Below are positions 1-11,300 of a stretch of DNA of 64,000 nucleotides, piece by piece. The stretch's first letter is position 1, and each line of letters starts with the position of its first letter. The stretch is from assembly GCA_010093995.1 (NCBI GenBank), contig ML992513.1:431203-495202 (forward strand). The letters run 5' to 3'. The notes under the pieces were generated by a model that ran no database searches, was not told the origin of the DNA, and saw only the letters and a program-made list of their open reading frames with translations. The translations under genes and the position numbers were made by a program. The DNA is from Elsinoe ampelina. Taxonomy: Eukaryota.

Positions 1-422
1 CTAATTATTAGTCCTTAGTAGAGGTGCTTCTTTACCTTATCTAGAGAGCTTAAGGAGAGGGTTAGTAACTATAACAATTACCTTACTAGTAGCGACAATA
101 GTAGTAACAACGCTAGAAGGCTAGAGCCTATCTCTATTGCCTCCTACGCCGCTCTAGAGAGTCTCTTTATATAGCTAGTATAATAGCTAGTCTATATAGT
201 AGTACGCTTACAAGCTATAACTACTAGCTTAATCTATACTAGTACTCTATTACACCTTATTTCAGCTTTAATTTTTACTTAATTTAGCGCTAATAACGAG
301 CAATTACTATCTATATTATCTCTAGACTTTTAGCTACTAAATTTTAGTAATATAAGGTTAGTATAAAATACTACTAAGCCTAGAGGTAGCTTGTTTAAAG
401 TAAATTTAACTATAAGTAGAGC

Positions 423-448
423 TAGTGTAACTATTAGAGTAGAGTTAG
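423..448 (+). repeat. Left terminal inverted repeat of hAT element (RIP-mutated)
   Basis: 26-bp inverted match to 8246-8271 with transition-only mismatches. Confidence 0.88.
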
Positions 449-829
449 CCCCTTTAGGTTTAGTACTATACTAGAGTTTAGGTTAGCCTCTAGCTAGCGT
501 AGTACTACTAAGGGCTTAGTAGTACTAGCACTAGCTCTATACTATAGCTATAATAGTACTATACTAGCACTAGATATAGGTCGAGTCGTATATATTCTAG
601 ACGTAGTATAGTACTAGGTTAGGTTAGTAGATAAGTAGTATAGTGCTATTAAGTCCTTAGTGTACTCTTACTAGTACTATACTAGAGTTACTATTCTTAT
701 AGTAAATTCTTATAGTAACTACTATATCCTATAACTCTTATTACTTTTCCGCTCTAAATACTTAAAGTTATAGTAGGTAAAGGATACTAGAGAGAAGTAA
801 AAGTTATTAATTATTAACCCTTATATATA

Positions 830-1265
830 ATTACGACCTAATAGTAATTTATAGAAGATTAACCTAATTAACATTATCTATATAACTCTTATAAGCCTAT
901 TTTACATACTTAGCTAGTAAGCCGTATACTACCTAGAACTAATACCTTATTATTTTATTATCTACTTTATCCGGAGAATATTTTATTCTTAGTAAGTTTA
1001 CTCTTATATAAATTATAACCCTTAACTAGTAAACTAGAGTACTAAAGCTATTAGACAGAGTCTAAGACTAGAATAATTAGTTCTAGGTAGTTTAGTCTTT
1101 CTACTAACTTATAGTATAGTTGCGAATTGCCTTAATGCTATTAGATTACTAGTTAATAGTAAGTATAAGGCTATCTAGAGCCTTAATTTCTGCCTAAAGG
1201 TTATTAATAAATTTATAGTAAGTAATATTAGCCTAACGAATAATAGAGGGGTAAGTAGTAGACAT
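830..1265 (-). pseudogene. RIP-mutated cargo ORF relic of unknown function
   Basis: ATG TCT ACT ACT at 1265 on the minus strand, followed by a codon-like frame (MSTTYPSIIR*ANITYYKFINNL*AEIKALDSL...) whose stops are TAG/TAA; end uncertain. Confidence 0.4.
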
Positions 1266-1529
1266 AGTAGTAGATTTGCTTAAATTCTAGCAACTATTAG
1301 TATAAGTTATACTATAGTAACGTAAAGGTATACTAGATAGTTATTTTAATATTTCTAAGGAGAGAAAGAAGTAACTTAGCTAATAATCTACTTATATCCC
1401 TTAGTATAACAATAGCTATTGTTTAATAATAGCTATTGTTAGTATTATTGTTTTTTTATAATAGATAATAGCTATTGTCTATATTATTGTTCTTATAATA
1501 GGTAATGCTAGATATATATACCTTTTAGT

Positions 1530-2540
1530 TACTATTTCTTCTTCTTTCTCTTAAACTTCTCTTTCTTGTTGTTTAATACTTCCTTCTATAATGCCTCCTT
1601 CTTACGCTTAACTCTACCTTAACCTAGTAGATTTAATTCTCTTTTAGCCTTGTAAGATAACTCCTAGTAACTACGCTAGGCTCTTATACCTATGTTAGTG
1701 TAAAGCCTATATCTACTATATAACTCTTATATATCTTAACTTTAATAACAACTACAAAATCTAAGCTAAATATATCTATAATAACTATAGAGGTTTAGTA
1801 CTTTGCTATAAAGCCTACTATACTTATAATACTCCTTATAACTTTATAGGTGTTTCTAATCTAATCTTTCTCTATAATCTAATAAATATTAGTATAATAT
1901 CTTATAGACTAATAACATCTTCGACCTAATTAATATATAGTATACTATTAATTGTCTTATTCTTAACAGAAGAGTAGATCTACTCTTACTCTTTACTATA
2001 TACTATAATATTAAACGTAAGTAGAAGAAGTTAGATTATATTAATAATAGTAATAATAGTATTTCTTCTAATAACTAATCTAATTAAGATAGTATAGTCG
2101 AAGCATTAGCGGGCTAATAGCTTTAGATAGTTATTAATAATATAGACTTATACTTTATAAAGACTTAATTACGTTACCTCTTCCTATAAGTAACTAAAAT
2201 TAACTATAACAACGGCGTATATAAGCTCTTAAAGTAGAAGTGTTTATATTACCTCTAGCTACACTAGTAGTTATATTACTACTCTAGGTAGCACTATTAG
2301 TACTAGTAGTAGAAGTACCTCCCTTGTTGTTCTCTTTACTATTAGTGTTATTCTAGAAAGTAACCTAACTATTATTAGGCTTAAACCTAGTAAGGAAGTC
2401 GGAAGTATAATAAGATAAATATTAGTAATAGTATAGAGAGTAGCGTTAGTAATAAGTTAGCTAAGGTTATAGGTGCTATAGTAGGAGTAGTTATCGAGGT
2501 TAATAATAAGGAGAGTAGCGCGGAGATTAGTTATAGCTTT
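1530..2540 (-). pseudogene. RIP-mutated cargo ORF relic of unknown function with basic C-terminus
   Basis: Minus-strand codon-like frame ending in a K/R-rich tail (KRKKEAL*KEVLNNKKEKFKRKKKK); boundaries approximate. Confidence 0.35.
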
Positions 2541-2869
2541 AGTCTTTATATTATAGTTAATCTATACGATTTTCTCGTTAACGTTTTTATAAGTAAATCT
2601 AGTATAACTAACATAGATACGAATATAGTTATATTAAAGATACTAGCGGGTAAGAGAATAAGCTTCCTTAGGGTAGCTAATAAAGGGAGACTATTAGCAT
2701 TAGTAGGTAGAATTATATATAGTAATAGAGAAGGTACGTATAGAAGTACTTTAGAGTAGGTATTAGTATAGATACTATAAGAGCATTATTGCTTAGAGGC
2801 TATTAACTAGATACGCTTAGAATACTAGCCTCTAACCTTAGTAATGTTATATAGTAGATCTTTGTCCTT

Positions 2870-5300
2870 ATTATACCCTTCTTCCTTATTAACCTCTTTG
2901 TCGCTTAAACTATAGATAGTAATATCTCTAAAGTTGTTACTTATACTATCTATCTCGCTATTAGTATTATTATTAGTAGTAGTAAAATTGTCTATCTTAG
3001 CTAATTAGATGTTTTAAAGATTGTTTTCTACTAGCTTAGAGACTATAATTTGTCGAATTGTCTATAGAAGTAGTCTATACCTTCGATTACTAATAATATT
3101 CTTCGCTATATTAAAAACACATTTAATACCTACGCTAGCGATTAGTATTATAAGAATATTATAAGTAACATAAGCTAGTTATAGGAATAAGTACTTATTT
3201 TCTTTCTACTAAGAAAGAATATTAAATTCTAATATTTTCTATATAGGTAAAGTTCTAAGGTAATTCTCCCCTTCTATTCTTATTATATAGATATTACTCT
3301 ACCCTTACGAAAGTATATTATCTTAGCTAGATACTAGAGGTGTAAAGCTACTCTCTATATTTGATAAGGAAGGCTTCTTAAACTAGTAAGTAATAGATAA
3401 GGCTAGTAGAGGAGGTAAGAGAGTAGTTTAAGAAGAGTAGTTATTATTATAGTAATTAAGGTAGTCGAGGAACTATTTATAGTAAAGCAATTTAAAATAT
3501 AGTTCCTACGAAGTATACTTATATATACTAAGTTTCTAAGTTAGATTTAAGATTATACTACAATTAAACAGGAAACCTTAACCTCTACTCGTTTACTTAT
3601 AATACTTAGAAAGCTTAGTATAACTAGCTTTTACTATATTTTATATAACTAATAGCTAGTCTAAGTTGTTATTCTCTTCCTAAGTAGACTTAACTACGTT
3701 AAGGAAGTTAAAAAGAGTATTATATATAAGCTATATATATTATACTAATAGTATATAAGACTAACTTAGCTAGTTAATTACATCCTTAAAATTCTCTAGT
3801 ATTTAGATAATAATCTTTAGATATGCCTATTTAGCGTAGCTAAGGTAAAGGTGTTTTATATCTACGTAATTAATAGATACTATGTCTTAATTAGCTAGCG
3901 CTTTATTAGTTTAGGGCTTATATACAATTACAATCTCCGCGTTAAGCTATTTATTAATAATTAGTTAAAGTTTAATAGCTCGCTTATATATATTATATGT
4001 TAAGTTCTAATAGGTATAAATATCCTAAATAACTAAGAGTCGTTTATAAGGAGGTAGATATGCTTAAAGGGATTTAAAGTGTTAGTAGCGTTAAGAGGAT
4101 TAGTTAATTATAATACAAATTGTATAGAGCTTTAAAATTAGTTAAAAAACTATAAAAAAGAACTATAAGAAATATAACTTACTTTATAGAGGGAATTCGG
4201 AACTAATAGAGTTATTTAGATATTATAGAGATACTACTTCTTAAGCTTATTAGCTTTCTTATTATCCTTAGTAGTTTCTAGCTATAGAGCTTAAATAATA
4301 TCTTATATAACAAGATTAATTACATAGGCTAGATATAGAATTATATTCTTAATAGAGAACTAGTATATATTCTTCTTCTTAAGACCTTATTATACTTTAG
4401 ATTATAGAGTGTTATTGTTACTTACATTGTCCGCTATAATAGTAAGAAGGTATATATTAATCTTTTTTTTATTTAGAACTCTTAGTAGTTCCGTGCTAAG
4501 TGTAACTCTAGTATACTATCTACTAATTAGTATAAAATCTAGTAGGCACTTACGTACTTACTAGTTATCGTTAATATAGTATACCTTTATAGCTATAAAA
4601 CTTAGATAGTTATTTATAGACTAGCTATCTAGCGCAATTAAAACTTTTATCTAACTACTAAGATTAGTAAGAAGATTAGACTAAATATCCTTATAGTGCT
4701 CTTTTAATAGCTCTAAGGCCCGTGTCTAACCTAGAATATTAGTATATAGCTAGAGGAAATATATAAATTAGAGAAAGAAGGAATTATTAACTGTTTAGAA
4801 TAACTAATTATAATTAATAAGGACCTTAATAAGCTCTTTTTTAAATTGTTCTAGGGAGAATTATAGTATATAGGATATAGTACTAGTAGTATTTGCTTTT
4901 AATTACGTTAGAGCTATCTAAGCTACTAATTGTTTATAGCTAGAAGATTTTATATTCTAGTAGCTTTAGTATCCGAGATGTTTTATTAGGTGTTTATTAC
5001 TAATCGAGTTTGTTATTAGGTGTTATAAAGCTCTACTATAGTAGAGACAATATATAAGAGGTATTCTATTAGTAAGCTTAGTACCTTTATTAAAGTTAGC
5101 CTAAATAACTCTATAGCGAGTTATAGAATTCTAGTTTAGTAGGTTTTATATTCCGCTAACTCTTAATTTACTACCTATTAATATTATAGGCTACTATATT
5201 TTCTAGGCTTATATAGCTAGCTATTCTTTAAGTAGTATATCTAGTTAGTAGGGTAGACAGCTAATAATTTTAATAGTTTTATAGAATTAAGTAGAGGATA
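2870..5300 (-). pseudogene. hAT transposase, RIP-inactivated
   Basis: Minus-strand relic motifs in the correct order: BED-finger-like YCLYY...KHLIKHL (~5050-4980), IALDS*S (ALDxWS, catalytic Asp, ~4630), IADNVSNN (~4420), YLAYVINL (CxAH), TY*NLTY (TRWNST, ~4010), and C-terminal dimerisation domain *KENKYLFL*LAYVTYNILIILIASVGIKCVFN (~3210-3110). Confidence 0.92.
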
Positions 5301-5589
5301 GATTATCCTAGCAATTAATATAGAACTCTTTAAGCTCGTAGGGGAGAGGTAGTAGTAGCGTAACAACTTCTAAAAGTATCTATAGTTAAGAATTAACCGA
5401 GTCTTTATTAAATACTAACATTTTAAAAATAGAAATATAGAATATTACTAGCTATATAATAAGGAGTAGAAGACTATAAGAATGCTCTATAAGAATCTAT
5501 TAGCTACTCTTAATTTATAGATTAAAAAAATTTTAATAGTATAGAACTAGAAAGCTACTAAAACTATAGTCTAATTTTCCTAACTTAAG

Positions 5590-6867
5590 GTTAATCTATT
5601 TATTCTTATCTATATCGTCCTTACTCTTACTCTTCTTATTATTATTATTACTCTTATCTATTACCTTATTATTATCTTTATTCTAATTCTCTTTATTAGA
5701 ATTATTAAAGTCCCTAGTAGTAACTACCTTATAGTATATTTTAGCTACTTTCTTAGTCTTATACTTGTTAGGTTTCTTATTAAGGAGGTTTTTAATCTTA
5801 GAGTTGTTCTTAACTTCTTCTTTAACCTTATTATTACTATACTTAACATAGTAATTGTTAAATTTAAGTAAAATATTATTATTCTTATACTTAAATTCTA
5901 GTTCGAGAGTAAGTTTATATTTACTTTAATAGATTAGTATATAACTATAAGAAACAACTATAAAAAATAACATATACCTAATTATTTACCTATACTACTT
6001 AGAGTTTAGTAGGTGTTATATTCTTAATAAACTTCTTAAACTTAGCTTAGTTATTATTATTATAGTTACTAGTATTATATAGCAAGTTAATACTATTATA
6101 GTAGATCTTATAGGTCTATTTCTTAAGAATTCTACTAGTGCTAAGAAGACATTTTACTTAGCAATTTAGAAATATATTTATCTTGTTATAGAGCGCCTTC
6201 TTTGTATAATTAGTAAGGAGTTACTTATAGTAAAGAAGAGTATTAGCTTTATAGATACTACTCTATTTTTAGTAGATAGATATAAACTTATCCTCTAACT
6301 ATTCCTCTATATAGAATTAGTAGATGTACTATAAGAATATACTATAAGAAATATACTACTCTACTAGGTATAATAGTAAGTCTCCGCTATCTTCTTATAT
6401 ACTATATTAAAGATAGCTTCTTTCTCCTTATTAAATATTACTTAGAATTCCTTAGAGTTCTTAAGTTTTGCCTTAAGTATATATTTTATAGAGCAATTAG
6501 TATTACTAGTAGTAGTAAGAGCTTTCTCCTCTATACTAGCTTATATAGTATAATCTCTTTACTAAATAGCTCGCTAGGTATTACTAAGCTATACTTTCTA
6601 CTATAGAATTCTAAGGAGGTAGCTATAGTAAGAAGTTCTAGTATTCTAAGAGCGATTTTTAATCTAGTATTTAATCTTATTAGCCTCGGAATTAAAACTC
6701 TATAGTCTAGTTAGTATTTAACTATAAGAAGCATCTATAAGAATTACTCCTATTATAGTAAGGATTACTTCCTCTTCCTTAGTTATTTCTTTAGTCTTAA
6801 TTACTAGAGTATTAGTTATCTCTTTCTCTTTACTAAAGGTTTACTAATCTATAGGATTAGTAGACAT
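5590..6867 (-). pseudogene. RIP-mutated cargo ORF relic (~400 codons), divergent from the H3-like gene
   Basis: ATG TCT ACT AAT at 6867 on the minus strand; long codon-like frame interrupted by RIP-type stops, with a charged low-complexity tail; no family recognised. Confidence 0.45.
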
Positions 6868-7243
6868 TATAGATTAAGAATTAGTAGTAATTTATAAGAG
6901 AAAGTAGAATATTAAGTATAATAGGAAGCGAGATATAAGATATAAGTTTTATAAGGAGAAGATAAGGAGAGAAGAATTTAGCATTTCTTATATATATAGT
7001 AAATAGAGTAGCTAGGAATATAAGTAATAATAGGTATTAATTCTATTGTTATACTAATATAAAGTTGTTAATATTGTTAATATAAAGTTATTATAGTAGA
7101 GAATAACAATACAAAATTTATATTCTATATACTATTATAAATTCCTTAATAAGGCTTAATATCTTACTCTTAGTATTTTCGCCTTACTCTTCTTTACCTT
7201 TATAAACAAATTTTAATAATTAATTTAATAAATTTACATAGCT

Positions 7244-7825
7244 ATAGCTCGTAAGAAGTAAGTAACACCTCTAAAAAGGGTAAAGCTAAGAAAGTAAGGC
7301 ACTAAGAAAACCACCGCTAAAAAGTCTACTATAGGTAGTTACGTAACAAAATTTAAACTAGTATTAACTAGACAAATTCGCTAGGTAAAGAGCTATAGGT
7401 TTAAGCTAGGTAGTTAGTTTCTTATAGTAAATTCTTATAGTCTTATATCTAATATAGTATAGCCGTTGCCCTCTAAGAGATTTATTACTACTAGAAGATA
7501 ACTAAACTTCTTATATATAAGCTTCTCTTCTCCTATATTGTTTATAATATTATATAAGATATTAAGTTAACACTTATAAGTAGAGATTTACGCTTTACGC
7601 TAGATACTATTAAGTGTCTCTAGGAAGTAAGTAAGGTAATACTAGTAGAATATTTCAAAGGTATATTAACTATGTATTTAGAATATATAATACCTTATAC
7701 TAATAACTATAGTAGACTATAATCTTAACGCTATCTATGCTAAGCGTTATACTATTATATAGAAAGACTCTTAGCTTGCTAGGAAATATTATAATAAGTA
7801 CTACTTACTTACTTTCTCTAATTAG
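7244..7825 (+). pseudogene. Histone H3-like variant gene (2 introns), RIP-inactivated, inside the hAT element
   Basis: Reads (M>I)ARKK*V...KKTTAKKST...VKSYRFKLG|TVAL*EIYYY*KITKLLIYKLLFSYIVYNII*D...DLRFTLDTIKCL*EVSKVILVEYFK|DYNLNAIYAKRYTII*KDS*LARK. Reversing C>T/G>A gives MARKKQ...[36 protein letters not shown]...DLRF...LQE...FED.NL.AIHAKR.TI..KD.QLAR, i.e. an H3 histone fold. GT-AG introns at ~7413-7462 and 7661-7715. Confidence 0.93.
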
Positions 7826-8245
7826 TAAGACCTTTCCTCTATAATGCTATAAGAATAAACTATAAGAAATAGATAGGTTTATTTTTATATAGACTAGACT
7901 ATTAAATTTCCTTTCTATAGACTTATTACAATACTAAAGTACAGTGTAGTAGCTATAGTTGCCTTAAAGCCTAACTAAGGCGTAGTGCTATAACGTAGTA
8001 TAATACTAGGATTTAACTCTAGTGCTAATTCGGTGTAGTGCTATTATAGTGTAGTGTAGCGCTATTATAGTGCAGTGCTATTCTTGCTTAACTACGGTGC
8101 GGTGCTAGTGCTAGTGTAGCTCGGCGCAGTACTAGTGCTAGTGCTAATGTAGTAGGGTGCGGAGCTGGTGCTATTTAGTTCAGCACCGGGTGCCGACCCG
8201 CTAAGAACAGCTCCGCACCAGCACCGGGGTCGGCCTTCGGCCGCC

Positions 8246-8271
8246 CCAACCCCGCCCCAACGGTCACACTA
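8246..8271 (-). repeat. Right terminal inverted repeat of hAT element (essentially unmutated)
   Basis: CCAACCCCGCCCCAACGGTCACACTA followed by TSD AGCGGGGC. Confidence 0.88.
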
Positions 8272-8312
8272 AGCGGGGCAGGCTTCAGCTCGATCAGTTC
8301 GTTGCATGATCA

Positions 8313-11300
8313 TCATCTACTGTACAATTCATCATCATCTGCGCTTTGCTCAGGCTGTGTGATCCTTTCCAACCTCGCTCCATGCGCCTCCAACAACTTG
8401 GCACACTCCCTCTGATCAGCATCGATGGCTGCACGGAGAGCCTCATCCAGCTGGTTCTCGGACCAGGCGAGTCCAAATCCTTCCTTGACGGGCATGTACG
8501 CCTCCAAAGCAGATGCCGGACCCTGCGCGCCCGAGTCTTGTCTTGCCTGCGCACCGGCCGCTACCAGGAGGTCTGCCGTATCTTGCCGCCCATACCGCCG
8601 GGCAACGTCCAGTGGTGTGTCACCATCCTTGTTCCTGTTATTGAGTGCAACGTCGGCCTGAAGCAGATATTGCAGAACTTCAGTGCTTTTGTTGAGTGCG
8701 GCGAGATGCAAGAGGTCGTTACCGTTCACGTCCAACGCAGATGGTTTGCCCCCGAAAGCGGACATCTGCTTGACAATATCAGGCGAAGGACTGTGCAACG
8801 CGGTGATATGCAGCACCGAGACAGGTCGTTGATTCCAGTTGAGCCTACGGTTGTGCATCAGTAAAGACTGAATTGCCGGCCAGGAGAAGTAGGCAGATGC
8901 TGCAAATAAGGAATCGCGATCCTCCGCCAAGTCGATGAAGCTATTGTTGTTGTGCGTCAGCCAGTATTGTAGTACATGCTGGAGACCTTGTCTTGCAGCG
9001 ACTACCAGGATCGAGTCACCGCCGCTGTCAGATCGTCTCAAGCGCCCTCCACGACCGAGCAGTATCAAGACGCAAGAAGTATTCTCCGCTTGCAAAGCTG
9101 ATGCAAGGGCCACATCTGGATCAAGCTCTGCTTTCTCGGCCATGTCCACGGAGGGAGACAGGTCGAAGGCATTGTTCCATCGGGCACCCGCTTCCAAGGC
9201 GACTTCACAATTGTCCCACTGCATAGCCCACTCGAGGGTACCATGTATGTTGGCCCCGAGTCGTGTAAGCATCTGTGCCACTTCGTCGTCTTGCTCGATG
9301 AGTGCAGCGCAGAGCGCCGCGCCCATCCTAAATCCGGTGCTTTCGATCTCAAAGAAGAGTGATAGAAATTCTTCCTCCGAGTACATCTTGCTCGCACGGC
9401 AAAGAGCATATAATGGCCAGTCTCGGAGCCGCACTAGCGCTATTCTGGTGGTACTCTTCTGCAAGAGAAGTCTGATAATGTCCGTCCATCCTTGCAAGCA
9501 AGCTTTTGACAGGAGGCTCTGATTTTGGGAATCATAAGACTGGTCGTCGAGAAGTGCGATGCCAGGATCTGCCCCACTCAATAGACAGAACACTATCAAG
9601 TCTAGACATTCATGGAGCGCAGCTAGCTGCAGAACCATGTTGATCCCATTCAGACCAGATACTGTCAATTTGTAGACAGCGTCATTGAGCACTTCCCAGG
9701 TGGGCACAAATGTGTCTCCGCTGAGTGATCTCGGAACGAATGGCTGAAGAACACGCTTTTCGACCGATCGAGGTCCTAGATCGTCACTGAGTACGATCTC
9801 ATGGTCGGCTTCGCGGGGATCGTGTATGAAGGAAGTCTTGCAGGCTTCAAGACCTGCCACTCTTCGGATGGATCCCTTATCATAGAGCCAGATCCTTTCT
9901 AGTAGGCGAATGGCTATGCGGCCTGCAGTCGCTCTGGTCTCGGGGTTGCGCAATCTGCGTAATGCTAAAGCCAAAGCTGTGGTCCTGAAGCCACCGCCTG
10001 AAACGACATCATCCTCGCCGGCATCGATGAGAAAGTCGACTAAAGCCTCATCGAGCTGGTAGGTAGCAGTCAGCAATGGGCTTCCGACAGTCGGACAAGG
10101 GAGTCTCGGGTCAAATGCGTGATTGTGCTCGCGGAGCAGCTTGTAGGCTTCCAGATTGCCACAGCTTACTGCCTCAGACAAAGCTGGACCATGTCCGGCC
10201 GTCACGATGTCGGCTCGAGCTCCAGCATCGAGCAAAAGCTGCAAGATTTTGAGCTTCTCTGCTTTGCGGAAGCCATCGCTGCAAATCGAGACAGCAGCAT
10301 TGACAGGGGATCCATAATTACCTGACACACTTGTGCTGATCCCGTAATTCGTTATGAGGTATCGTACCACATCAATCTCCCCCGAAGCTACTGCGGCAAT
10401 GAGTGGATCGGCGAAGTATCCAGTCAGACGCGAGGTGGAAGCACTGTTGGACAATAGAAATTTCACGATCGACAGATGACCACCCCATGCGGCAGCACAG
10501 AGGGGTGTTCCCAGAATGATTCCAGGTAAAGTGCACTCTCCACTATCGTTACGAAGGTCCTCAGGCGACAGCTCAAGCTTGAATCTGCCAGTGTACATGT
10601 TGTGTTCGATGAGCGACAACTTTGGCAATCCCCGCCAGCCTGTGCGCAGAGGAATGTAGCGACTGAAATCATCGAGCTTCTGTGTTTCTCGGTGGACAAC
10701 GGCAGATTTATCGACGTTCACCTGGTAAGAGCCTGGAAAGTATGTCATGACCGGTTGAACGGGGCTCCACGCTGGTACAAATGTTGTTACAGTGCGCACC
10801 GCGTCCGGATCGGCGCCCTTTCCAATCAGTAATTTGACGATGTGAAGATGTCCGTTAGCGGCAGCGGCACAGAGCGGGGTTCCATAGTACGTCTTTTGAT
10901 CGACATCGTAGCCTGCAGAGAGGAGTATCTCAACGACTTCCTTGTGACCACGAGCACAGGCAGCAACGAGAGGGCTGCCATACCAGCCGGATGGACTCGA
11001 AAATTGCACCTCTTTGGCCATTAGTATCTTGATGACTGGAGTTAATCCTGCAAGCGCAGCAAGATAGAGTGGATCTTGGGTGACACCTCGAAAAGAGGTG
11101 TTGACTCCGGCAGCTTGGCTGGAGGACTCCGCTGCATTGGACCTTTCTTGCGTGGAGTCGAGCAGGTGGGACAGAGGGTGCTGGACACCGTCAGGATTGG
11201 AGAAGTGTAGCCATGTTTGGTAAGCAACAGGACTGTCGGTGAAAAGCTCCTCCAACATGATGAGAACCTCTGGCGACGAAGCTGCAGCGTCCGCGGCGTG

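Larger units (their letters stand above)
1..8100. repeat. AT-rich RIP-mutated repeat block
   Basis: Strong TpA excess and CpA/TpG depletion; no ORF in the six-frame track; relic reading frames full of TAA/TAG stops; abrupt switch to GC-balanced sequence near 8100-8300. Confidence 0.95.
423..8271 (-). mobile_element. Full-length RIP-inactivated hAT DNA transposon (~7.85 kb) with cargo genes
   Basis: Left end TAGTGTAACTATTAGAGTAGAGTTAG (423-448) matches the reverse complement of right end 8246-8271 (TAGTGTGACCGTTGGGGCGGGGTTGG) with 9 differences, all C>T/G>A. Flanking 8-mers AGTAGAGC (415-422) and AGCGGGGC (8272-8279) differ only by transitions, giving an 8-bp TSD typical of hAT. Subterminal GGTGC/GCACC-like repeats at ~490-690 and ~7940-8225; internal hAT transposase relic. 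Confidence 0.92.

Noticed and set aside
7940..8225. Short GTGCTA/GGTGC repeats suggesting a CRISPR-like or telomeric array
   Set aside because: Irregular spacing, no unique spacers and not TTAGGG; they fit hAT subterminal repeats.
8228..8275. GC-rich hairpin (CGGCC-TTC-GGCCG) near an element end, resembling a Helitron 3' terminus
   Set aside because: The end is fully explained by a TIR plus 8-bp TSD and a hAT transposase; no Rep/helicase relic was seen.
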